Source of the DNA: Mustelus asterias
Taxonomy: Eukaryota
Direction of reading: 5' to 3'
NCBI RefSeq assembly: GCF_964213995.1
Contig: NW_027592387.1
Coordinates: forward strand, 1-55,680
Length of the DNA: 55,680 nucleotides
Below, in pieces: positions 1 through 13,284 of the stretch. A program made the position numbers and the translations under genes. Position 1 is the stretch's first letter. Each line of letters starts with the position of its first letter. A model generated the notes under the pieces. The model had not been told where the DNA came from. It did not search any database and saw only the letters and a list, made by a program, of their open reading frames with translations.

Positions 1-560
1 ATCCTTCTATTCCTCTCTCCCTCATGTATGTATCTAGCTTCCCCTTCAATGTATTCATGCTGTTCACCTCAACCACTCGCTGTGGTAGTGAGTTCCACAT
101 TCTCACCACTCGCTGGTAAAGAGGTTTCTCCTGAAATCCCTATTGAATTATTGAACCCCTTCATAATCTTAAAGACTTCCATCAGGTCACCCTTCAGTCT
201 TCTCTTTTCTAGAGAAAAGCCGCCCCAGTCTTTCCTGAGGGTTAAATGCTCTCAGTTCTGGGATTATTCTTGTGAATCTTTGTTGCCGCTTCTCCAGTGC
301 CTCTATTTCCTTTTTCTAAATGGAGAGCACAAATGTTGGCAGTGCTCCCAGTGTAGCCGAACCCTGGTTCTAAACAAGTTGAACAGAACCTGTTCAATTC
401 TATTCCTCGAGAATGGAACCCTGTATATGGGCCCTACACTTTAGGAAAGATGTGAAGTCCTTAGAGAGGGTGCAGAGGAGATTTACGAGAATGACTCCAG
501 GGATGAGGGACTTCAGTGAGTTCGAGAGACTGGAACAGCTGAAATTTCTCTCTTTAGATC
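1..560. mobile_element. Degraded CR1 LINE 3' fragments (minus ~1-385, plus ~395-560)
   Basis: Plus ORF 413-883 contains WALHFRKDVKSLERVQRRFTRM, the CR1 ORF2 C-terminal motif; 1-385 is the reverse complement of CR1 3' sequence. Confidence 0.7.
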
Positions 561-1252
561 AGACAGGCATTAGGATTGGGAATGGGGCCAATCAGCCCAT
601 TGAGTCCATGCTGGCTCTCTTTAGATCAAACTGTTGCCCTGTTCTCTCTCCGTGTCCCTGCGGATTTATTTCCCTGAAGTTCCCATCCAATTTCCTTTTG
701 GAAACATTCCATTATCTCTGCTTCAGCCGCTCGTGGGAAGTAGTCCCAGATATTTACCACTTCAAATGCAAACGAGGAGCAGAGAGCACAAAAGGAGGCC
801 GTGTGACCCATTGTGCCCCTGCTGCCTCTTCAAACATTCTCAGCAACAAGGTCAAGGAAGACATGTTAAATTCGAACATGTGACTGGAGCTTTATTTTAA
901 AAATTAATGTTGGATTCACCTACATGCTTGTGGAAGCTGCATAGCCAGCAGGAATTGTCTGAACTAAGAATTTCTTCTATGAATTTGATCAGTTGGAGGG
1001 CATTATATTCTGTCACATCTGGCTCAAGAATAAGGTTGATTGCTCAGTTCGTGTAAGAAGGAAAGTTATTGGCTTGCAGCAAGTGTCTTTTCGAACCAGT
1101 ATATCTTGTATTAACCTTATTCAGTTGTGGGACATGGGCGTCGCTGGCTGGCCAACATTTATTGCCCATCCCTAGATGCCCTTGTTCAGAGGGCAGTTGA
1201 GAGTCAACCACATTGTACGAACCAAATGTGTTCATTAATTATTACTTTATTT

Positions 1253-3370
1253 AGAACAAAGAAAGTTACAGCACAGGGACAGTCCCTTTGGCCCTCCAAG
1301 CCTGCACCGACCGCACTGCCGGATGAAATTAAAACCCCCTACCCTTCCAGGGACCATATGCCTCTATTCCCATCCTCTTCATGTATTTGTCAAGACGCCC
1401 CTTAAAAGTCACTACTGTATCCGCTTCCACTACCTCTCCCGGCAACGAGTCCCAGGCACCCACTACTCTCTGTAAAAAATCTGCCTCATACATCTCCTTT
1501 AAACGTTGCCCTTCGCACCTTAAACCTGTTCCCCCAAGTAATTGACTCTTCCACCCTGGGAAAAGGCTTCTGACTATCCACTCTGTCCATGTCCCTCATA
1601 ACCTTGTAGACTTCTATCAGGTCGCCGCTCAACCTCCGTTGTTCCAGTGAGAACAAACAAAGTTTCTCCAACCTCTCCTCATAGCTAATGCCCTCCATAC
1701 CAGGCAACATCCTGGTAAATCTTTTCTGTACCCTCTCCAAAGCCTCCACATCCTTCTGATAGTGTGGCGACCAGAATTGAACACTCGATTCCAAGTGTGG
1801 CCTAACTAAGCTTCTATAACGCTGCAACATGACTTGCCAATTATTAAACTCAATGCCCCGGCCGATGAAGGCAAGCATGCCGTATGCCTTCTTGACTCCT
1901 TCTCCACCTGCATTGCAACTTTCAGTGACCTGTGTACTTGTACACCCAGATCCCTTTGTCTATCAATACTCTTAAGCATTCTGCCATTTACTGTATATTT
2001 CCTATCTGTATTAGACCTTCCAAAATGCATTACCTCACATTTGTCCGGATTAAACTCCATCTGCCATTTCTCCACCCAAGTCTCCAACTGATCTATATCC
2101 TGCTGTATCCTCTGATGGTCCTCATCGCTATCCGCAAATCCACCAACCTTTGTGTCGTCTGCAAACTTACTAATCAAACCAGTTACATTTTACTCCAAAT
2201 CATTTATATGTATTACAAACAGCAAAGGTCCCAGCACTGATCCCTGAGGAATGCCACTTGTCACAGCCCTCCATTCAGAAACGCACCACCCTCTGTCTTC
2301 TTTGACCGAGTCAGTTTTGTATCCACCTTGCCAGCTCAACTCTGATCCCATGCGACTTCTTCTGCACCAGTCTACCATGAGGGACCTTGTCAAAGGCCTG
2401 ACTGAAGTCCATGTAGACAACATCCACTGCCCTACCCTCATCAATCATCTTCGTCACTTCCCCAAAAACTCGACCAAGTTCGTGAGACACGACCTCCCCT
2501 TCACAAAACCATGTTGCCTTTCACGAATACATCCACTTATTTCCAAGTGGGAATAAATCCTGTCTCGAAGAATCCTCTCCAATAATTTCCCTATCACTGA
2601 TGTAAGGCTCACCGGCCTGTAATTACCTGGATTATTCTTGCTACCCTTCTTAAACAAAGAAACAACATTGGCTATTCTCCACTCCTCTGGGACCTCCCCT
2701 GTCGCCAGTAAGGATAGAAAGATTTCTCTCAAGACCCCAGCAATTTCTTCACTTGCCTCCCTCAGTATTCTGGGGTATATCCCATCAGGCCCTGGGGACT
2801 TGTCTACCTTAATGTTTCTCAAGAACCCCAATACCTCCTCCTTTTTGATCTCAACATGACTCAAACTATCTACACATCCTTTCCCAGACTCATCATCCAC
2901 CAAGTCCTTCTCTTTGGTGAATACTGACGCAAAGTACTCATTTATTACCTCACTCATTTCCTCTGGCTCCGCGCATAGATTCCCTCCCTTGTCCTTGAGT
3001 GGGCCAACCCTCACCCTGGCTACCCTCTTGCTCTTTATATATGTATAAAAAGCCTTGGGATTTTCCTTAATCCTGCTGGCCAATGCTTTTTCGTGACCCC
3101 TTTTAGCCCTCCTTACTCCTTGCTGAAGTTTCTTTCTACTTTCCTTGTATTCCACACTTGCTTTGTGTGTTCCCAGCCTCCTAGCTTTGACAAATGTTTC
3201 ATTTTTCTCTTTGACGAGGCTCACAATATCTCTCGTTATCCAAGGTTCCCAAAACTTGCCATACTTATCCTTCATCCTTACAGGAATGTGCCGGTCCTGA
3301 ATCCCTATCAGCTTACACTTGAAAGCCTCCCACATGCCAGATGTTGATTTGCCCTCAAACATCTGCCCCA
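1253..3370 (-). mobile_element. 5'-truncated CR1 LINE, reverse transcriptase ORF2 broken by frameshifts
   Basis: Consecutive minus ORFs give [65 protein letters not shown]; short TTCTTTGTTCT tail at ~1253-1265. Confidence 0.95.
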
Positions 3371-5496
3371 TCTGGTAGCTATTTATTAGCTACCAGTCAT
3401 TAACAGATGAGAAAGTCATGAGCCTTAATTGAGTTATAGTTAATCAATGAATAATGAATCAGTAGTTCTAATAAAAGATTGAGTTTTATTTGCTGTAAAA
3501 GCTGAATTGCTGTGTATGTAAAGAATGTGCAATGAGGATAAATGTACTGGCGAGAGAGACCTTCAAGCTCTGATTAGCCTCAACATTTGAAACTGTGAGA
3601 ATAAGGGATTGTACAGAATCAGATAAAGGGACAGCATGAAACAGTTCTATTGTTTTCCTGTCTAAGATAATGAGAGAAGGTGGTGTCAGTAATTGAGGAT
3701 CCAGTTAAATTAATCTAGTGATCAAATTGACCAATTGTCATGATTCAACAGGCCCAACTCTGACGTGAGGCCATCGTCACTTTGTGGATAAAAGTAGAGG
3801 TTCTGAAGGTCTTCCTTGCGAGCCAAATACTGAAAACTCCCGAGGCTGAGTTCTAAGGAAATTACTGTCAGAGAAGGAGCCAGACTCCCGAGTTCCACAA
3901 TAATTCCTGTGAAAGGAGCCAGAGAGGGTTACGCTTCTATGGACCAATCACCCACACAAAGTTGTAAAAGTCAATATCTTAAAGTTGTTCAGTAAAACTT
4001 TTTCATTCAATAAACTTCTTTTAAAATTTACTATCCAGAGAATTTTGCCTTTACCACAAAGAGGGCAGGGAACAGGCTACAGATGAATTAAAGAGAAACC
4101 ATTTGGGTCTAGAACATTGTGAACATCCTTTTACTCTGGTTGTCTTTGATCCTCAAGTCATTTTCTGTTTGTTTTTAACCAAGTTCTGTTTCATTAATAA
4201 ACTTTCATCAGTAAAGGTGTTTGATTGTTCTGGACTTTTCCTGCTGAGATTGATGCACTTTCGGGAAAGTGGGTGAGAGGGGTTGGCAGGCTCTTTAACA
4301 GAAAGTGAGTCCCTCTAAGGTAATTGGCAAAGGGGCCAGAGGGGGAGATGAGATTTTATTTTATTTTTTGACACAGTGAGTTGTTCTGATCTGCCTGAAA
4401 GCAGATTCAATAGAATCTTTCCAAAGGGTAAAGACTTGAAAGGGAAGAATTTGCAGGGCTGTGGGGACAGATCAGAGTGGTAGGATGAATCAGACAGTCC
4501 TTTCAAAGAGATAGCAGGGGCACGATGGGCTGAATGGACTCCTCCTGCAGCCTGTCAATCTCAGCCTCCTGCTTTTGTGCAGGTTAGAAGGGACAGATTT
4601 CAGTGCAGCCTCTTCCCTGTATGTGTATTTAAAGAGACAGGTTTCTCTTTAGTTCTGAGTGACTGATATAACAATTGGTTGGAGGCCCATTTCCCAGTCA
4701 GTCCTCCAGCACCTTCCTGTCTCTCTATTAGTGCGGCGCCCAGGGCAGTTTCCCAACTGGGGCGCAGGCCCCATTATTCTCAGCTAAATTCAGCCCTCAG
4801 CTCCGTCACCTGGCTGTCATTGACACTAGCAACAGAGAGACAGAAAGGTGTCCCAGGCTCAAATGGGAAATCAAAACTCGGGGCTTTAAATGAACTGTTA
4901 GGATCTCTGTAACGATCAACAATTTAAAAAAAAGAATTCTAAGCCCAGTGAGTAAATTAAAGAATCACACGACAAAACTTCAAGTTTCTGGCGTTTATTC
5001 CAACAAACTGGAAGCAACAATGACTAAACACTTTTTTGAAGGGAACATTGCTCTTAAACTTAAAATTAAACTTTGCCCTTTTACTCTTAACACCATTAAA
5101 TATCCCACTCAACCGTTATATTTTATTCTGCCTTGGAATGTTGACACTCTTTCTCCAAAAACCAGTCCAAAGTGATTCTTTACTCCTCAAGGGTTTATTT
5201 CCATTGTTTTCCTTTTCCAGTCGGGCAACCTTTAATCCCAGAACTGTCCTTCACAGTAATGGTTCTCCTGGACATTTTCCCACTAACACAAGCAAGGCGA
5301 ATCTTCCAGCCTTGTTTCACAATCCTCAGGAATCTGTGACCAACATTCGACATCGGAGCAGATGTAGGTCATTTGGCCCTTTGAGTCTGCTCCACCGTTT
5401 ATTTAGGTCATGGCTGATCTGTTTGTGTGGAGTTCCACATTCTCGTTCTAGACCCGATACTTTTGATTCTCTTACCCAACAAGAATTGGGATAAAG

Positions 5497-5635
5497 GCAA
5501 AATTCTGCTGTTGCTGGAATCTGAAACAAAAACAGAAAATGCTGGACAATCTCAGCAAGTCTGACAGCATCTGCAGAGAGAGAATAGAGACAACATTTTG
5601 AGTCAGGATGACCCTTTGTCAGAGCTGAAGACAAG
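5497..5635 (-). mobile_element. Penelope-like element terminal fragment (family 2); related copy at 6690-6855
   Basis: Shared GCTGGAATCTGAAACAA.AACAGAAAATGCTGGA.AA.CTCAGCA.GTCTG.CAGCATCTG block in both copies; degenerate hammerhead-like CTGAC.AAGGGTCATCC.GACTC.AAA on minus. Confidence 0.5.
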
Positions 5636-5800
5636 GAAAATCGGACATAATTTATACTGTGAGGGTCAAGAATTGGGAAGCAATCTATTAAACCTGCTCT
5701 GAACCACTTTCAATGCATTTGTATCATTTCTTAAATAGGAGACAAAGCTGCACCCAGTATTCAAGATGCAGTCTCCGTAATGCCCTGTATAACTGAAGCA

Positions 5801-5935
5801 TAGTAAGAAGTTAAACAACACCAGGTTAAAGTCCAACAGGTTTATCTGGTAGCAAATAAACCTGTTGGACTTTAACCTGGTGTTGTTAAACTTCTTACTG
5901 TGTTCACCCCAGTCCAACGCAGGCATCTCCACATC
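5801..5935. mobile_element. Penelope-like terminal (pLTR) fragment with fold-back inversion, inserted in an old CR1 fragment
   Basis: 44-bp inverted arms 5802-5845/5856-5899 (1 mismatch); 12-bp direct repeat ATAACTGAAGCA at 5789-5800 and 5936-5947; same terminal motif as the GIY-YIG-bearing copy at 24247. Confidence 0.8.
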
Positions 5936-8369
5936 ATAACTGAAGCAGAACATCTTTACTCCTGTGTTCAATTTCTCTCATAATAAAGAATAGCATTCCA
6001 TTTGTAAGAACTTTGATTTATTTGAACTAAGATTTATGGGGGTTCTCTTGTTTACAATAACCTCCCCAATCGTAAATCACACCAGGTTCCAGTGTCTTAA
6101 CCATGTGGCAAGAAAGAACACTTTAAATCGTGAATTCAGAAAGTTTATTAATCATTAAAAATGTAACAAGTCAGAAAGATAAAACAGAGTGTTGATTAAC
6201 AGTGAATAGAGAAAGAATAGAAAAATGTTGAAAGCCCATCTTAGCCAATTCCCATAAATCTTCAATTATAAACTAAAATAGACATGAGTTTTCAGATGAT
6301 TTGAAAAGAAATGAATTGTCTGCTGAAAGGGTTAACTTTTCTACAGAACCTAAAGGGATGGGGAGTGAGCAGAAAAAAATTGGCACACAATAATACCACT
6401 TTACACAAGTAAAAAAATCATAACAAACTAGATTGTAAACTTCAGCTCTTCATTTTTTTGTTATATTCCATAACCTAATTATTTTAATTAGATCAGTTTT
6501 TTTAGGGATGGATAACTTCTGTTCTTTATAAACTGCTTCACTCATTTTGTTGATTCTACATGGGCTCAGAGAATCAGAACCCAGACTTTATCATCCTTAT
6601 CCTTTTTCCCCTTTTGCCACCACTCCCTCTGTTTTGCAGGAAGGTCGTAGGGATTCCAATCAGAACTAATCATTTTATCATAAAAGTTAAACACTGCGGA
6701 TGCTGGAATCTGAAACAACAACAGAAAATGCTGGAAAAGCTCAGCAGGTCTGGCAGCATCTGTGGAGACAGAATAGAGTCAATGTTTCAAGTATGGATGA
6801 CCCTTTATAAGAGCGGTTATGAAGTGTCTCCCAGACTTGAAACGTTGGCTGTATTCTCTAATAATTTTATCGATAAGTTTCTTGTTCTTAGTTTCCAAAC
6901 AGCAGGTAAGAGACCTGTCCAGTCCTCACTCGAGCTCTGATTTTTTCACTGGCCAAGCTTGAGTCAGTTTATAACCATTAGAATCTACTCTCAGAGGTCT
7001 GCTTTTCAGTCCAGTGCTATTTGGAGTATACCGTCACTTCACCGACTAACGGGTCACAAACCCCTCAAAGTTCTTATCACAAATTTATGATAAAATAATT
7101 TAAACAATGCCTGATATCGCTTTTTAACTTCTTAACCAACTATCTCCCACTGTTTGTTGATTGGTCAGACCTTCTCTTCACAGATTCGGGTATCTCAGCC
7201 ACTGAACACCAGCCGGTCCTGGAATAAGTTTAATTCTAACTCATTCTGAGTAAATATTCTCACCAGGTCCTCTGTCAGGGCCCTGCTAAGCAGCTTTAAT
7301 GGTCCGTGATTGCAGAAACTGAGCAGTCACAGGAATGTGGTCAAGATAGTCCAGTCCCATAATGCCTCACATTCAATCAGCAGTCCTTCAATTATAACAG
7401 AATATGTGGCTGTATGTAGCTGCCTCGACCGTGGTCAACCCCAACACTGCCTTCCTGAACTGTTACAATGCCTGAGGTGTAAGTAAGCCCACAGTGCTGT
7501 TAGGGAGGGATTTCCAGCTACATATTCCAGACTTTCACTGGACTGTAGATGGATAGCAGATTGACATATTCCATTCAACCACTCCCAAGGTGAGTTATTC
7601 CAATTCCTTTATTGTCCAGGACAATATATTCACAATATCATTAAAACAGGAATTAAACATTCCCATTTGGTTTCAGGTTCTAACATATTCTGTTAGTTTG
7701 TTCTTTATTGTCAATGTCAGGCTGGGGTTGTTTCCCTTGGAGCAAAGGAGGTTGAGGGGAGATTTGATAGAGGTGGACAAGATTCTGACAGGTTTAGATA
7801 AGGTGGACAAAGAAAAGCTCTTCCCATTAGCTGAAGGGACAAGGACAAGGGGGACACAGATTTAAAGTTTCAGGTGAGAGATGTAGGGAGGGATGTGAGG
7901 AAGAAAATGTTGATGCAGCGAATGGTAATGACCTGGAACTCGCTGCCTATGAGGGTGGAGGAAGTGGAGACAATAAACAATTACAAAGGAAATTGGATGG
8001 GCTTCTGGGGGAGTTTCAAACAGAAATGCTGACTAAATATCTCTGAACTTCCTCACATCCTGTCACTCTGTGATCCTTGTGAAATTTGAAACCAGGTATT
8101 CACAACAAGACTCAAAGAGCATCAGCCCACTGGAGGGAAAGTTGTGAGACCGGCCAGTCCAGCAGAAAGAAACCCTCCGACCCTCCCCATTGACCAACTG
8201 TGAGAATGAACAAAATGCAGTCCTGGATGTAATTGAGAGCAGAAACAATAACAGCAGAATCCAACCCCTGTGAACTTGTTGGTGCCTCAGCCGCCGTGAT
8301 GAAATTCTGAACACTTTTTATACACTGAGCAGGTGGACAGTTTCTCCCCAGTGTAACTTCACTGATGTC

Positions 8370-9272
8370 TCAACAGGTGGGATAACTGAGTGAATTCCGT
8401 CCCACACTCAGAGCAGGTGAATGGTCTCTCCCCATGTGAACTCGCTGGTGTCTCTGCAGGTTGGACAACTGACTGAAACCCTTCCCACACTGAGAGCAGG
8501 TGAATGGCCTCTCCTCAGTGTGAACTCGCTGGTGTCTCCGCAGGTGGGATGACTGAGTGAATCTCTTCCCACACTGAGAGCAGGTGAACGGCCTCTCTCC
8601 AGTGTGAATTTGCTGGTGTTTCTGCTGGGTGGATAACTGACTGAAACCCTTCCCACACTGAGAGCAGGTAAATGGTCTCTCCCCAGTGTGAACTCGCTGG
8701 TGTCTCCGCAGGACGGATGACCGAGTGAATCCCTTCCCACACTGAGAGCAGGTGAATGGCCTCTCCCCGGTGTGAACGTGTTGGTGTGTCCGCAGGTCGG
8801 ATGACCGAGTGAATCCCTTCCCACACTGAGAGCAGGTGAATGGCCTCTCCCCGGTGTGAATGTGCTGATGTGTCCACTGGTCGGATGACCGAGTGAATCT
8901 CTTCCCACAACGAGAGCAGATGAATGGCCTCTCCCCGGTGTGAACTCGCTGGTGTGTCTGCAGGTTGGAAAACTGACTGAACCCCTTCCCACACCGAGAG
9001 CAGATAAACAGCCTCTCCCCAGTGTGAATTCGCTGGTGTCTCTGCAAAGTGGATAACACAGTGAATCCCTTTCCACACTGAGAGCAGGTGAACGGTCTCT
9101 CTCCGGTGTGAACTCGCTTGTGTGACTGCAGGCTGGGCAACAGAGCGAATCCCTCCCCACACTGAGAGCAGATGAATGGCCTCTCCCCAGTGTGGCTGCG
9201 CCGATGAGCATCCAGCAGAGAGGGGGCTCTGTATCTCTTTCCACAGTCTGCACATTTCCATGGTTTCTCCAT
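8370..9272 (-). CDS. Tandem C2H2 zinc-finger gene A: 10 intact fingers, then a 1-bp deletion at ~8434 and two decayed fingers to ~8270 (possibly pseudogene)
   Basis: [10 protein letters not shown]... with HTGERPF linkers; ATG at 9272; linker reads CAC ATG GGG instead of CAC ACT GGG. Confidence 0.85.
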   Translation of the reverse strand: MEKPWKCADCGKRYRAPSLLDAHRRSHTGERPFICSQCGEGFALLPSLQSHKRVHTGERPFTCSQCGKGFTVLSTLQRHQRIHTGERLFICSRCGKGFSQFSNLQTHQRVHTGERPFICSRCGKRFTRSSDQWTHQHIHTGERPFTCSQCGKGFTRSSDLRTHQHVHTGERPFTCSQCGKGFTRSSVLRRHQRVHTGERPFTCSQCGKGFSQLSTQQKHQQIHTGERPFTCSQCGKRFTQSSHLRRHQRVHTEERPFTCSQCGKGFSQLSNLQRHQRVHMGRDHSPALSVGRNSLSYPTC

Positions 9273-9499
9273 GGTGCAGGTGTCCTTGCCTCTCCCTTGG
9301 GTGGCCAATCAGTTGACGCCTTGTCCACACACAGAACACGGGTACAGTCTCTCCCTGCTGTGAATGGTGTGATATTTATTCAGGCTGTGTAACTGGTTAA
9401 AGCTCTTTAGTCAGGGCACTGGAACACTCTCACTCGGGTGTGGCAGTGTGTTGCTGCTTTTCCACTCACTGATGGCCGAAGTCTTTTCAAATCGAAGTG

Positions 9500-9960
9500 G
9501 AAGCTTTAATCTGAAGCTCAGTGACCAACTTCCGCATTGAGACGTCACAATCGAGCGCTGCCTGAATCAGCCAATAGGAATTACTGGGCTCCGCAGTGCC
9601 GCGTCGGGATTCCAGTGCGCAGGCCCGGGCGCGCGGACCCGGGAGCCCCGCCCCCACCCATTGTTCTCCCTCCCCCTGCACCTCCTCCAGCCACGGTTTC
9701 CAGGCAACCGGCTAACGACTCCGGGCCAGAGCGAGTAGCCGCTCGGTGATCTCCCCCTCCCCCCTCTCTCTGCTGCTCCAAAAACAGATCGAGCGAGACC
9801 GCTGGCGGCAGCCGCACTGCGCCTGCTCCGGACAGCTCGGCTCAGCAGCGCTCTCTGCGCCTGCTCCGGACAGCTCGGCTCAGCAGCGCTCTCTGCGCCT
9901 GCTCCGGACAGCTCGGCTCAGCAGAGCTCTCTGCGCCTGCGTGCTGGGCTGCCAGCTGAG
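9500..9960. promoter_or_regulatory. CpG-island promoter block (CCAAT, GC box, CRE-like GACGTCA, NRF1-like TGCGCCTGC)
   Basis: CpG-dense; AGCCAATAGG ~9569, CCCCGCCCCC ~9646, GACGTCAC 9541; 9500-9760 is homologous to 18300-18560. Confidence 0.7.
9817..9940. repeat. 38-bp tandem repeat x3.3
   Basis: CTGCGCCTGCTCCGGACAGCTCGGCTCAGCAGCGCTCT starting at 9817, 9855, 9893, partial at 9931. Confidence 0.95.
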
Positions 9961-10052
9961 GGAGTGGGGGAGGGGACTTTGCAAAATCTCTTCCCATCAT
10001 TTTCTTCCCAGTCCCGCAGTTTGATTTGAAACAGAACAGCTTCTGTTTGTAG

Positions 10053-12692
10053 CTTCACCACAGACTCAAACTTCACACACAGACTCAAACTTCACACACA
10101 GACTCAAACTTCACCACAGACTCAAACTTCACCACAGACTCAAACTTCACCACAGACTCAAACTTCACACACAGATTCAAACTTCACACACAGACTCAAA
10201 CTTCACCACAGACTCAAACTTCACACACAGACTCAAACTTCACACACAGACTCAAACTTCACACACAGACTCAAACTTCACACACAGACTCAAACTTCAC
10301 ACACAGACTCAAACTTCACACACAGACTCAAACTTCACACACAGACTCAAACTTCACACACAGACTCAAACTTCACCACAGACTCAAACTTCACCACAGA
10401 CTCAAACTTCACCAGACTCAAACTTCACACACAGACTCAAACTTCACCACAGACTCAAACTTCACACACAGACTCAAACTTCACCACAGACTCAAACTTC
10501 ACACACAGACTCAAACTTCACACACAGACTCAAACTTCACCACAGACTCAAACTTCACCACAGACTCAAACTTCACCACAGACTCAAACTTCACACACAG
10601 ACTCAAACTTCACCACAGACTCAAACTTCACACACAGACTCAAACTTCACCACAGACTCAAACTTCACACACAGACTCCAACTTCACACACAGACTCCAA
10701 CTTCACACACAGACTCCAACTTCACACACAGACTCCAACTTCACACACAGACTCCAACTTCACACACAGACTCCAACTTCACACACAGACTCCAACTTCA
10801 CACACAGACTCCAACTTCACACACAGACTCAAACTTCACCACAGACTCAAACTTCACACACAGACTCAAACTTCACACACAGACTCAAACTTCACCACAG
10901 ACTCAAACTTCACACACAGACTCAAACTTCACACACAGACTCAAACTTCACACACAGACTCAAACTTCACCACAGACTCAAACTTCACCACAGACTCAAA
11001 CTTCACCACAGACTCAAACTTCACACACAGACTCCAACTTCACACACAGACTCCAACTTCACACACAGACTCAAACTTCACCACAGACTCAAACTGCACA
11101 CACAGACTCAAACTTCACACACAGACTCAAACTTCACACACAGACTCAAACTTCACCACAGACTCAAACTTCACCACAGACTCAAACTTCACACACAGAC
11201 TCAAACTTCACACACAGACTCAAACTTCACACACAGACTCAAACTTCACACACAGACTCAAACTTCACACACAGACTCAAACTTCACACACAGACTCAAA
11301 CTTCACACACAGACTCAAACTTCACACACAGACTCAAACTTCACCACAGACTCAAACTTCACCACAGACTCAAACTTCACCACAGACTCAAACTTCACCA
11401 CAGACTCAAACTTCACCACAGACTCAAACTTCACCACAGACTCAAACTTCACCACAGACTCAAACTTCACCACAGACTCAAACTTCACCACAGACTCAAA
11501 CTTCACCACAGACTCAAACTTCACCACAGACTCAAACTTCACCACAGACTCAAACTTCACCACAGACTCAAACTTCACCACAGACTCAAACTTCACCACA
11601 GACTCAAACTTCACCACAGACTCAAACTTCACCACAGACTCAAACTTCACCACAGACTCAAACTTCACCACAGACTCAAACTTCACACACAGACTCAAAC
11701 TTCACACACAGACTCAAACTTCACACACAGACTCAAACTTCACACACAGACTCAAACTTCACACACAGACTCAAACTTCACACACAGACTCAAACTTCAC
11801 ACACAGACTCAAACTTCACACACAGACTCAAACTTCACCACAGACTCAAACTTCACCACAGACTCAAACTTCACCACAGACTCAAACTTCACCACAGACT
11901 CAAACTTCACCACAGACTCAAACTTCACCACAGACTCAAACTTCACCACAGACTCAAACTTCACCACAGACTCAAACTTCACCACAGACTCAAACTTCAC
12001 CACAGACTCAAACTTCACACACAGACTCAAACGTCATCTCAGACTCAAACTTCACCACAGACTCAAACTTCACACACAGACTCAAACTTCACCACAGACT
12101 CAAACTTCACCACAGACTCAAACTTCACCACAGACTCAAACTTCACCACAGACTCAAACTTCACCACAGACTCAAACTTCACCACAGACTCAAACTTCAC
12201 CACAGACTCAAACTTCACCACAGACTCAAACTTCACACACAGACTCAAACTTCACACACAGACTCAAACTTCACACACAGACTCAAACTTCACACACAGA
12301 CTCAAACTTCACACACAGACTCAAACTTCACACACAGACTCAAACTTCACACACAGACTCAAACTTCACACACAGACTCAAACTTCACCACAGACTCAAA
12401 CTTCACCACAGACTCAAACTTCACCACAGACTCAAACTTCACCACAGACTCAAACTTCACCACAGACTCAAACTTCACCACAGACTCAAACTTCACCACA
12501 GACTCAAACTTCACCACAGACTCAAACTTCACCACAGACTCAAACTTCACCACAGACTCAAACTTCACACACAGACTCAAACGTCATCTCAGACTCAAAC
12601 TTCACCACAGACTCAAACTTCACACACAGACTCAAACTTCACCACAGCCTCAAACTTCACACACAGACTCAAACTTCACACACAGACTCAAA
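10053..12692. repeat. 2.6-kb minisatellite of interspersed 18-bp and 19-bp units
   Basis: CACAGACTCAAACTTCAC and CACAGACTCAAACTTCACA units; a CTCCAAC variant block ~10675-10815; identical ACGTCATCTC interruptions at 12031 and 12581. Confidence 0.99.
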
Positions 12693-13284
12693 CCTCCTCC
12701 TCTGGACAACATCTGTGAGGAAACCACTTTCTTTCCCCCCCTGGGAAATACAGAGACAGAGAAATTCTCTGGAACTGGAATTAGAGCCAAATATACTGAG
12801 GGGGAAAATGTTTGTGATTTTGTGGAACCTGTTTTTATTGTCTGAGCTTTTTAAAGTGTAATTTATCTTGTCTATTCAAATACCGTTTCTCTCTTTGCAT
12901 GATTTAGTGATGCTGATTTAAGATAAATTTCTGAAGTAAAAGTTTTTAAAATGTGAAACGGTGTCCTTCAATATTCCATTGGACTTTTCTGGAAATATGT
13001 TTACTTTTTAGGTTAATAACGACAGACATATGTCTTGTGTTGATAGAAGGTACATCTTGGTATATTTTTGTTTCAGTCATAAGATTCATGTATTGTTAGT
13101 TTTATTCTTGTTATATAATATAAAATCACAGAATCCCGACAGTACAGAAGGATGCCATTCAGTTAGACTCTGGCTGATCAGATTAGCAAGATTTATTTGA
13201 TTCTATTCTGTAGATTAAGCTGCAGCTCAGTTTTATGGGAAATTAACATCAGCAGAAACAAACTCCAACTCTCACAATGTGAAC

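Noticed and set aside
3372-4057. Possible solo LTR and 10-bp hairpin at the CR1 5' end
   Set aside because: TG...CA and AATAAA are present but no TSD, PBS or second copy; cannot be supported without a repeat library.
10053-12692. CRISPR array, cryptic RSS array, or (VKFESV)n protein
   Set aside because: No unique spacers; CACAGAC has no nonamer at 12 or 23 bp; the ORFs are just runs of 18-bp units.
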